Assembly: GCA_045837725.1 (NCBI GenBank)
Contig: JBEWZL010000049.1
Span: forward strand, 62,001 to 126,000
Direction of reading: 5' to 3'
Length of the DNA: 64,000 nt
From: Vermamoeba vermiformis
Taxonomy: Eukaryota
Made by a program: the position numbers and the translations under genes. A model generated the notes under the pieces. That model worked only from the letters and a program-made list of their open reading frames with translations. It had not been told where the DNA came from and searched no databases. This document shows positions 23,246 through 33,513 of this stretch, one piece after another; positions within the stretch are counted from its first letter, which is position 1; every line of letters begins with the position of its first letter.

Positions 23246-25928
23246 ATGTCGCACTTGAGCTCATTCAAGGCATCGACTAGAGACCCTGATGAGGTGTTTC
23301 GTCGGTTGAAAAAAGACCCTGAAAACAACGTAAGCGACATCCGAAAATTTCTTATTATTCCACCAGATCTGTCTAAAAAATATACAATAATATTAATACG
23401 GTATTAATTTATAGTATTGTGCTGAATGTGGAGCTAGCAATCCTCAATGGGCGTCAAGTAATTATTTTTCAAATAATAACAATTTCGTAATGCAATTCTA
23501 ACGGTTATATTGAATTATTACAGCGACCTATGGTATTTATATTTGCTTAAATTGCTCTGGAAAACATAGAAGCTTGGGAACTCATTTGAGGTAATTATTG
23601 GCAGTTGATCCATTTCGTTTTTCGTATTTTTTCAGATTTAATTGAAAAACTTCTTTTAGTACCGTAAGAAGTCTTAATATGGATAGTTGGACCGACACTC
23701 AATTAGCCTTGATGGAAGTAAGTTAATTCATGATTTATTCAAAAATATCAACGACAGATCTAGATCGGAAAACTCGAAAAAATTCATTAAAATCAAACCG
23801 ACGATTTAATAAATACTGTATATTAAAGTATATTATTTAGTACGGAGGAAACAAGAATTACAAAGCATTTATGACCTCTCAAGGCGTCAGCAGCTCAATG
23901 GATCTAACCTCAAAATACAATTTACCAGCAGCCATTATTTATCGCGAAAAATTAAAGACTATTAGTCAGGTAATTATTTCATACGATTTTTCTAGATATG
24001 AGGCAAAAAGGAAAGCTGATCTGCCTCGTCGAATTTCAATGCTTTGATTACAAATCTAAATTTCCTTTTAAGGGCAAAGAATGGTCCGAGCCTTCACCGG
24101 AACAAGTTAAAAAATTAATGAGCGGCAATCAAAGCTCGTCGTTGAGGACATCTTCGTCCAACGATTACAAACTGACTTCGGATGTGACCCCGCCTACACG
24201 ACGTACTGCTAATACTGGTTCTAGTGACTATGGGTACGTTACCATATTTAGAAATAATTTTTATTATTATAACGAAGCGCAATGGCACGTGCACGTGTCA
24301 AATTTTTTTTTTGCCGACCAGCAACTTCATTCACAATTTTTATTATATGCAGTATAGTATTATACTGTTGATATTAATATTCATGATCGTCTTAGTGGTC
24401 GCACCATGTCTAGCAGTGGTGGCTATGGTAACGGCGGCTACAACAATGGCGGCGGTTACAACAACAGCAGCTACAACAACAGCAGCTACAACAACGGCGG
24501 ATACAATGGCTCGAGTCAGAGTGGCGGCTACAACAGTTCAGGCTACAATAGCAGCGGAGGGTACAACACTGGTGGCAATTCTAGTGCCGGCAATGTGCCT
24601 CCTGGCGAGCGACGAGGTTTGCAACCCACGACCAACGACAAGTACAAAGTGAGCGTGTCCAGCGATGCTTATTTTGGCAACTCTCCGCAGCCTAAGAGAA
24701 ACACGTAAGTCGATACCGATCTAACGCTTTTCTGGCACGTGTCACAGACCGTGTTTTGAAGTGACACGTGTCAAATTGTATTGCCCGTCATTTCGTTGGC
24801 TGTTCGTTCTTTGTTTGACCAATATTATTTCTAGTAGTGGTCAATCAGATTTCCTCGAAAACAGCATGAATGCGTTGTTCACTGGCTGGAGCAAGTTGTC
24901 TTCGGGCGTTGAAAAACTCGCGCAAACTGCGAAACAAAAAGTTCACGAGCTTCAAATCGACGATAAATTCGAGGTATTTAGTTAACTATATGCTTATTAT
25001 AGTTAAATATAATGAAATCTACGGTGCCACATTGAAGATAAAATTGTTTAATGATGAAATTAGGAGGCTTAATTTATGACTGTCAGTGATCAGAGCATAA
25101 ACCTCCTGAAAACAATTTTATCAGTTTTAGTTTACGGCCGAGACCGACACCACATTACCATATTTGGAAAGTCTGTATTAATATACCGTGTCGCAGGAAT
25201 TGAAGCACAAGGGCATGAGTCTCATCAACTCGACTTTCAACAAGGACGCTCCTGTCCCAGGGTCACCACATCAAAGTCCTCATAGCCGTCATGGCCATGA
25301 TACAGATAGACAATATCACTACCGCGAAGAAGACAGTTCGCTGTTGGATCAGGATTCGCACTTGCATCACAATGAAGATCCGCGACAGCACCAACGAACT
25401 TATCAAAGCAATAGCAGACAAGACGATATTTGGGATAATTGGAGCAGCCAAGGTGCACAACAACAGATGTCTAACAATGGTCACGCTAGATCTGATCCCG
25501 AAAGAGATCAAGAAGATTTAGAAAACTTTTTCGCTAACGATAGCGGCCACAGACAACAAAATACTAAGAAAAATACTACAGTCACTCGCGTAGTCGATGA
25601 CTCTAATTTTATGGGCTTTGACGTCGAAGAAAGGCAACCTACTAAAACCGAATCCGTGAACAAGGAAGAAGATTCGTTCTGGGACGAGTTCGATAAGAAA
25701 GTTACAATGGCTGATAATAGCAAGAGCAGCAATGGTACTAAAGCATCGAATACTAAGCCTCAAGAAGATCTTTGGGACTTTTCTTCAACCGAAACAACAC
25801 CGAAAGAGCAACGCAAAGAGACCTCTGCGTCAGTTCAAAACGGCACTCAGACTGGCAAAGCAGCTGTCAAACAACAAGGCTGGGAAGAGAACTGGGACGA
25901 TTGGGGTGACTGGGAGAAGAAGAAATAG
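23246..25928 (+). CDS. ArfGAP1/Gcs1-like ARF GTPase-activating protein
   Basis: CAECGASNPQWAS...GIYICLNCSGKHRSLG, VRSLNMDSW, GGN motifs, an ALPS-like segment (LFTGWSKLSSG) and Trp/Asp-rich tail motifs. Confidence 0.9.
24410..24580 (+). repeat. Gly/Tyr/Asn/Ser low-complexity coding repeat (GGYN/SSYN)
   Basis: Tandem ggc/agc-tac-aac units such as tacaacaacagcagc within the ArfGAP exon 24396-24704. Confidence 0.8.
25037..25122 (+). ncRNA. Box C/D snoRNA-like fold-back element, copy 2 (in ArfGAP intron, sense to host)
   Basis: Perfect 13-bp terminal stem GATAAAATTGTTT/AAACAATTTTATC, box C at 25051-25057, box D at 25106-25109, candidate D' ATGA and C' GTGATCA. Confidence 0.6.
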
Positions 25929-26005
25929 GGTGTACGTTCAAATTGGAAAATTTTAGTAAACTTAGACTCTTATCAAAAGTCAACTGTTGTCCTTTTTACT
26001 TTGTA

Positions 26006-28193
26006 CTAGACTTTTGTTTGTGTTCTTCTTTTCTTTGTGGCAGGTTCATCAGGGTCGGTACTATCCTCTTCTCTAAGCTTTATCCCCTTTTGTCTGAACA
26101 CATTGCACACTGCTTCCACAATCAGTGGCTACATCAAATGTTAGCAAGATACAGTAAGTCATCTCTTTGTGACAAGTCTTACCTCTGAAATTACATAGTG
26201 AGATGTCCTGCTGTATTTGTGATCAAGTCCATTTGTATTGAAAGTAACTCCAACCAAGCCATCTGCAAACATTGTACTGCCTTCTGTAATGTCTTCCATA
26301 GTTTGCAAATAGTACTGTTTAACTAAATTAGCATAGGCATGCTTCAGTTTGTCAAAGGTGGCATTGATTTTTGTAGCAGGAGTGCACTGTGTACTAATGG
26401 CTTGGTCTAAAGTCTGGCTATTGCATTGAGTTAAATGACAGTACAGGTCATCAACTACTTTCATTAGAATTTCTTCATTGGATTTGCCAGGATTAGTTGA
26501 CTTTTTGTACTGTTCAAGCTGTGCAACAGTGGCCAAGCTAACAATGAATCCAACTCGACCTGTTGAACAGCATGAGCATAGATTGGAAAACAAGTGCCTA
26601 ATTTGTACCTTGTAACTTGTTCAAGATGTTCTGGATATGAGCATCAGATAACTTGACATCAAACAGGTGCTCAACAAGGGCACAACAATCCTCTTTTTTG
26701 GTTATGCATTTAAAGTTAGAATGTTTTTCTCTGCACTTTGTTTCACTGTTTGGCTTTGCAATGTTGGCTCCATCCAACTGTTCAAAGTAGATGATGTCCA
26801 GTGAAGTTCCAGCAACAATGCAGTTTCCATAGCCAACAAATTCTGATACAAGCCTCTGGTACAAGCTTTGATAAACTCCTTTGTGTGACTCAAACATTCC
26901 CTCAGCAATGTGCAGCAGTTCTTGAGCTTCATCACACAGCAAAAATAGAGTTGTCCTATTGAAATCAAGGAACACACTGGTGGTGTCAATAACTGTTTGA
27001 AGTTCTTCCACTGTTTTGAAAACGTTCTTAAGTATTGCTTGAATTGTTCTGCACATGTGTAGTTGTTTCTGATGTACTTGAGACAAAAGCAGTTGTTCAT
27101 TTGTAAGAGCTAGATTCTTCGTCTTCATGATCATTAACAGCACTAATTTGGTGGCAAGTAGCAAGCTGATCTCATACTCAGCTGCATAAATGTCAAAATG
27201 GCCTTTTGCACTCTCAAGTTCTTTAATATTCCTGATAAATATGCCCTCAAGTTCACCTACACAAGAAATTAGTTAGTTTTACCACCAGTAGTGATGCTCA
27301 AACTTGCCTTTTTTGAAGTCAAAATAGACTGACATGTGTTTCCTGCCAATGTCAAACAAAGCCTTAGTTTTGCCAGTGCCAGAAGTGCCAATCAGATAGT
27401 GCAAAGCTGGCCAATGTGAGTTACAGCCTTGCAGAATGTCTTTGACAATCTGTGACTCAGCATTTTCATTGCCTAAATCACCTTTCAACAAGTTCAATTT
27501 GATCTCAGTTGGAGATGTGCCAGGCAAAGGTCTAGTGATCAGGTCATTGTTGTGTATGGAGTATAGTTTGGGCTCTTCAATGTCACAGACTGAAATAGCA
27601 CCAATAAACCAACTGAGAACAGTCTGTGAAGGATGAAGTGGCGTGTTTGGTTTGATATCTGAATAATATAAGCCAAAGACATTAATAATGTTAACTTTGG
27701 TGGAATGATTTGGCTTACTTTTGCGTTCCCAGTCCTTAAACTCCAGCGAAAAATGTGGTACATAAGGCCACTGCAATAGATCGTGCTTCGATAGCTCTTC
27801 AAAAACGTCGTTAATTGGCTTGTACGAATGCAAACACGCGCGAAATGGGTCGAGTACGAGATCCAGGTGCGGTGGATTGGCTGCGAACAATTCTTTTGCG
27901 TTATTATAGTGGCTAAGGTCAACGCTTCTCTTTAATCAGCGTTAATACGTCTTAATAAAGGAGTCATCGTGACGTGCGTAAGTGGCTTCTGGGCGTCCTA
28001 ATGGCCAGCAGACCCATTGCACGAATTGTTGCATTGGTAAAGCCTCAATATCGGTTACTAAATTCGAGTTAATATTTAATATTAATGTCCGAACTATACT
28101 TACTCGTTAGCCATTGTTTACGGAAGTCTGCCGGCCCTAGAATTAATTATTAATTCAAATTGTTGCCAACAATCTTCGCTATTTACCGTCCAT
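26006..28193 (-). CDS. Crinkler(CR)-effector-like P-loop NTPase with SAM-like header, no C-terminal nuclease
   Basis: Walker A GTSGTGKT, Walker B LFLLCDEAQ, IVAGTSL, LQGRVGF, ISEPLIVEA and terminal NLS-like KKRR. About 7 exons, including one GC-AG intron. Confidence 0.65.
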
Positions 28194-28509
28194 TATATTA
28201 TTCAATGCTACTAATGAATAAAGGCAGTATGTTAAATTATTGTGTGCAGTGATGAGACGAATAGCTATCTTAGCTATGGTGCTCGTCTGTTGCAACGAGT
28301 GCAAATAATGCCGCTTTTTTTTTAGCTGAACAATAAGACGTCAGGACAACAAGGCAGTATTAATTCGCATATGGCGTAAAGCAGGTCACGTTCGTCATAT
28401 GTAGATACGTCAGACGGACATCCGTCACAACCGAGATCAACACGGGATGTGGCAATAACAACGGTAATCATCGTTATTTTTAACGTGAATATAATTATCA
28501 GATGTAATT

Positions 28510-29130
28510 TAATGGTGATAATGCGCCGAGATTTGAATTATTCCAAATTTAATTAAAGCAATGCTGATCGGCGTCCTTCCTTCGTTTGTAGCCTCAATAA
28601 CATGGCATCGATATCAAAATTAATATTTATAATGGATATATATTATATTAAGCGCCGATTTTACTAGAATAAAGTAATAATAAATTATAATTACCACCAG
28701 CTGCTTTTTACGACTGCGACTCTAATAAATACGTCAATAATTCGACAAATTAATTTTCTTATTGTTTGTCTACCAGGTTCTCGCGGATGTGCTTCTAAAC
28801 GTAAACAGAACGCGATCTGTTTTGATCCATCAAACACCACCTCGTCCTTCAGGCTGAAGTATTGATCCTTCTTACAGCCCTATGGTGTACGTTCTGTTGT
28901 ATTGAAAGCGCAATTCAGCGTACGTGGCTCCCAAAGAAATTTCGTAGGTACGCCTTATCTTACAAGTAGTTCTTGAAAATGAACAAACGTACACAATAGG
29001 ACCTCGTACGTCAAATCGTTTTGTTGTTGGCTTGTTTGATCGTCGTTCAAGTCCTCGGACAAGCAGTCAATGAAGAAATGGCTGAACTGTGAACTTGATG
29101 TCGACCAGTCGTTCAGCTAGATATCTCAAG
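28510..29130 (-). CDS. Possible small multi-exon hypothetical gene
   Basis: Open exon-like segments (LNDWSTSS...TYEVLL; AVRKDQYFSLKDEVVF...; YRCHVIEATNEGRTP...) with plausible splice sites. The model is not resolved. Confidence 0.3.
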
Positions 29131-29315
29131 TAAGTTACAAAATATTTCAATTGTGCAAACGACCTACAAAAGTAAGGGAAACATACCGTACGTGTAAGTT
29201 AGTAAAAATTGATTTTACGACAAATCAAATTTTCGGCGGCGAATTAATTGGATAAACCGAAATAGTTTCCTCCTTCTTTAAGCCTAATTTTAAGCCAATA
29301 ATTGAACTACATAGC

Positions 29316-30492
29316 ATGTCTTTCGAGGTATTGTAACTTTTTTTGCGCAACAGGCGAATTCAGATCGTTGACAGCAGTTTAAACTTACAACAAAATACGA
29401 TAATCAAACTATTTTTATGCCTATTTACGGTTTTGATATTAGCCTATATTCCTGCGAGAGGCAGATAAAACGCTGGATCCTGAGACTGAGGAATTGACTT
29501 TTCACGGTAAGAACTAAAATGTAATTTCCAAATTATTAATTTTAATCCAATATAGAGTCTCCTAGTAAGGCCACGCTCAAAGCTCTCGGCAAATTTTTAC
29601 AAAACCAGATGTGTCACTTGAGTGTACTCCACTTACGCAGCTCCAGCGTAAAAGACGATTTGACAATTATAGCTAGTAAAATCTCGAAAAATAACGAATC
29701 GTTGGATGTACTAGACCTCAGCGGAAGTGGTAAGATTAAACTTTCAACCAAGATCTGACACCAATCCTTTTGTTAGGAAACATGCTTTATCCACGTAGCT
29801 TAGAAAGTTTCGTCAAGCGGTGTACTCAATTAGCGGAGCTTAATTTGAGCGGTAAGCGGCTTTCTATTCAATTGAATCAAGGGAGGAAATTCCGGCTTTG
29901 GGGATCCCCAAAAATTATTCAATAATAACGAATTATTTAGGCAATGATTTGACCGAATTCTGGAACGCATCTTCGACAACCTTACCAATAGTCTCACGCT
30001 TTACTCGATTGAGTTTAAACAGTACGTTTAGTTGCCTACGATCCGCTACTTGATCCTAACCGAACCTCTGACTAGACTGCAAGAATTTAGCCAATTGCTT
30101 TCAAGTACTTTCAAAATGTTCGCAGCTTCAAAGTTTAGAAATGGAAGGTACGTTAATTAACAAGTGCCAAGCCAGTATTAATATCGTAAATAGATAATTC
30201 AATTCGCAACGCTGAATATAATTCCGTGCTCGATTTTGTTCGAACAAATACCACACTTACTCATCTAAATATTAGAGGTAAAGACTTGGCAATCGTAATT
30301 GAATCATAGTAATTTTTTTGACCAGATAACCGCATCGAATTTTCGGATTCCGCGATTGACCTAATTAAACAAAATACAACGCTGACGGAGCTCGTTATCA
30401 CTTCAAAACGGTCTAAAAGTTCGAAAGCGAATATTGCCAGCGATTATTTCTCGGAACAACTGTTCAAAATTTTGAAAAGAAATAGGACTTAG
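29316..30492 (+). CDS. RI-like LRR protein (may continue into the coiled-coil ORF ending 30868)
   Basis: Roughly one LRR per exon: LDVLDLSG, LAELNLSGN, LQSLEMEDN, LTHLNIRDN, NTTLTEL. TAG at 30490-30492. Confidence 0.7.
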
Positions 30493-31646
30493 ATCTGCCC
30501 AGTTTTCATTCATACCTAGCGCTGCAGCTGAACTAGATATGCTAAGTACTAGTGCAAGTCCTATTAACAGTTGTGCCTCCCTGGACTTAAAAGAAAGTGA
30601 AGCAAATTCGAGGGAGTCGCCGTTACAATTTGGAGAACGAACGAAATTAGCGGCGGAAAACGAACAATTGAAGCTAGAATTAGAGCGTATCAAAAGAGAA
30701 AATATCATGCTCAAACAGGAAACAGCCGTCATAGCGCCATTAATCCAGCAAGTCAAAGATCTCAAAGAAGAATTGTCGCGCTCGTCACAAAAGCTGCTCG
30801 AGTTGGAAAAAAGTCACAAAATAGTTCAAAATCAGTTTAATAACCAACTGCACAAAGTCACAAATTAGTCAAAATGAGTGTTTGACGAAAGTTTGACCAA
30901 TTGTAAACGTTTTTGTTGTTTCGTTACCTAAGATTAAATTTAAATCGAAACCCTCAGCGTGCATCAAAGCAGTAATGATATCCTATAACGTCGATTTCTT
31001 ATGTCGAAGATGAGCAACGGTAAGAGTAGATCTTTAAGTTGGTGCGCAAGTTTACGTATCAAAAAATCTCGTAAACTAAGAATCTCTTTGAATAAAATTT
31101 CAATTATTTATAAGGCTCGTAGCTTAATTTTGAGATTAAAGTAGTAATGAAATTCGATGAATTTTATATTTTAATTGAAAATTATTTTATTAATTCTGCA
31201 ATAGGAACTCCGACGCTGTCTGCCGATATAAACATTATTGAATCTGATTTTAAGAACGCAGAAAATATTATTGCCGCTCTATCAATAAGCAACGCGGATC
31301 TGAGTGCGTGTCCTGTTTGCAAGTCTTTAGCACCCAAAAAGAACGACCATTATTATTGTCCAATATGCAACGAGGTCAGTATTATCACATTTCCTATTAT
31401 TCGAACATTTAAATAATACTGTCATGAAGAATTCGTCAGTAAAATCGTTGGAAGTGAAGGTACTTTACGCTGAAGATGATTCGATTATTAAATGGCTCGG
31501 ACAATTCTTAGAAAATAATGGAATATTAAATGATCTGGCGCTAACGTGGCAATCTTCAACGGAAGATCCACAACTGACGAACATTTTCTCAGCTGGGTTG
31601 AGATCTTGCTGCAACTTGACAAAACTATCGATATGTGACATGACAG

Positions 31647-31893
31647 TGTCATAGATCCATGACTTTAATTAATCTCTACTCCTCGCTGGTTGCACGACTC
31701 CTTGGTGCTCTACTCCTTGGTGTTGGCTCTCCGCGTGGCTTGGTCAATCCGCCTGGATTATTCCGCTCTTTAACCTAATATGGAAATACGTATAAAATAT
31801 AAATATCTTGTACTTACGCTATTCACTCGGTTCAATAAATACAATACATACGAACACAGCTCTTTAAATCACTTATTTATTTGTTCTATTACA
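31647..31893 (+). repeat. 5' LTR
   Basis: TGTCATAGA...TCTATTACA imperfect terminal inverted repeat, identical to 37429-37675. Contains three ACTCCT units, a TATA-like TATAAA and AATAAA. Confidence 0.97.
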
Positions 31894-31895
31894 TT

Positions 31896-31906
31896 TGGCG
31901 ACACCT
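31896..31906 (+). promoter_or_regulatory. Primer-binding site TGGCGACACCT
   Basis: TGG begins 2 nt after the 5' LTR. It is complementary to a tRNA ending ...AGGTGTCG-CCA; the isoacceptor is not determined. Confidence 0.75.
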
Positions 31907-31933
31907 ACTCAACGAATCTGCATCTCATCCGTT

Positions 31934-33478
31934 ATGGCCGACGACATCTCTGCAGCTGCTAATGAAGCTATCCGTACTAGACATGGACTCAACTCTAGAC
32001 GCAAGAGTGGTATGGATTTATTTGTTGAACCCCAGAGATCCAAGATCGGTTCTCGATCCGAAATCTCTGATACCCCCGAAAAGCCGGAGGAAAGTTTCCA
32101 ATATGGAGACGCCTCTGACGAAGAGCAATTTGACCTGGACGACTTAACTGTGAATCAAGTCGTAACCGAACTGGAAAAATCTGCTCCGAGGGTCACTTTG
32201 ACCAATGACGCTGGACGCGGCAAGGCTCCTATCGCTGCCGCGAACAACAACAACGGTCAAGGCCGACAAGCTGTCGCTGCTGGTGGTGGTGACGGTGGGG
32301 ATGGTGACGACGACGCTGATGACAGCGACGACGAACACCACGATGCTGAAGGCAACAATCCTCCGCCCAACCCCAACGGTGGTGCTCCTAATCCCGGCGC
32401 TCCTGGTGGCAATCCCAACAACGGTGCTCCTGGTGGCAATGGCGCGCCTGGCAACAATCTCCCTGGTGGTGGCAATGAAGAATTGGTCGTCTCTTTCCAA
32501 CGCTTCGTCAATGTCATCACTGAGCGATTTGACTTGGAAAATCGCAACCAACGACGTCAGCAAGAGCGCGAAGCCAAGAAATTGCAAAAGTTTTCGATTC
32601 CTGGTGACATTCTCGTATTCAAAGGCGAGGAGTGGGATCCCGAAAGTCCTACTAAGAAAATTGTTACCGTCGAAGACTACTTGGATCGAATTCATCGCTG
32701 CGCTTCAATGGGCAACTGGAACTCGAACCATGTTCGCTACGTACTCTTGGCAAAGCTTGAAGGTGCTGCGAAGGATCACATCGAATGTTTGGCTCCCGTT
32801 CATCGCTCAAGTGTCAAGAACATCGTCAAAGCTCTCGTTCTACGCTATGGTTCTTCACCCGAAGCTCAAGCCTATCATCTGCGCGAAGCCAGTACTAGTA
32901 AGCAACAACTTGGTGAGCGTGGCACTGCGTTCCTTGAGCGTGTGTTACCTCACTATCGAAGAGTGCAACTTGATGAGCGAACAAAGCTCACCATTCTTCG
33001 TGGCTCTTTGGCTTTTGAATACGCTGAAGAGATTCGCCGTCGGAAAATTACTTCCTTCGACGATGCGTTGATTACTATTGCTGACTTCGATCGCGCCCTG
33101 GATCAACATCGTGCTATCACTCGCATTCCTGCTCCTGCTACGAAGACTCCTGGCAACACTGTCAACGCTGTTCAATTCGACTCGCTCAACGCTGGTGTCA
33201 TGGACCAAGTCACTAAAAATCGCGACGAAATCAAACAAATCAACGACAAATTGGACTCAATCGCTGAAGCTCTTCGCACTGAGAACAAATCAAAGAAATG
33301 GTGCAAGTTTCACAAGACAACGAAGCATGACAACTCCGAGTGCTTCGCTCAGAAGAAAAACAAAAAGAAGAAATTCAACAAAAACGACAACAAATTAATC
33401 AAAAACCTTCAATCGTCAATCAATTCGATCGCTGAACAAATGAAGAAAATCAACGAAACCGAAATTGCAAAAAAATAA
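31934..33478 (+). CDS. gag: Gag
   Basis: ATG at 31934, G/N/P-rich spacer, capsid-like region (WNSNHVRYVLLAKLEGAAKD; KQQLGERGTAFLERV) and variant zinc knuckle WCKFHKTTKHDNSEC. Confidence 0.9.
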   Translation: MADDISAAANEAIRTRHGLNSRRKSGMDLFVEPQRSKIGSRSEISDTPEKPEESFQYGDASDEEQFDLDDLTVNQVVTELEKSAPRVTLTNDAGRGKAPIAAANNNNGQGRQAVAAGGGDGGDGDDDADDSDDEHHDAEGNNPPPNPNGGAPNPGAPGGNPNNGAPGGNGAPGNNLPGGGNEELVVSFQRFVNVITERFDLENRNQRRQQEREAKKLQKFSIPGDILVFKGEEWDPESPTKKIVTVEDYLDRIHRCASMGNWNSNHVRYVLLAKLEGAAKDHIECLAPVHRSSVKNIVKALVLRYGSSPEAQAYHLREASTSKQQLGERGTAFLERVLPHYRRVQLDERTKLTILRGSLAFEYAEEIRRRKITSFDDALITIADFDRALDQHRAITRIPAPATKTPGNTVNAVQFDSLNAGVMDQVTKNRDEIKQINDKLDSIAEALRTENKSKKWCKFHKTTKHDNSECFAQKKNKKKKFNKNDNKLIKNLQSSINSIAEQMKKINETEIAKK

Positions 33479-33513
33479 TGCACAGCACTGACGCAGGCTC
33501 TGTTAGTGTTGTG
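33469..33513 (+). promoter_or_regulatory. -1 programmed ribosomal frameshift signal (gag-pol)
   Basis: Slippery heptamer A AAA AAA, 5-nt spacer TAATG, then a 12-bp stem CACAGCACTGAC/GTTAGTGTTGTG. Pol is in the -1 frame. Confidence 0.75.

Noticed and set aside
32144-33071. Alternative-frame ORFs overlapping gag (288 aa on +, 183 aa on -)
   Set aside because: Low-complexity by-products of gag codon usage, with non-ATG starts and no recognisable domain.
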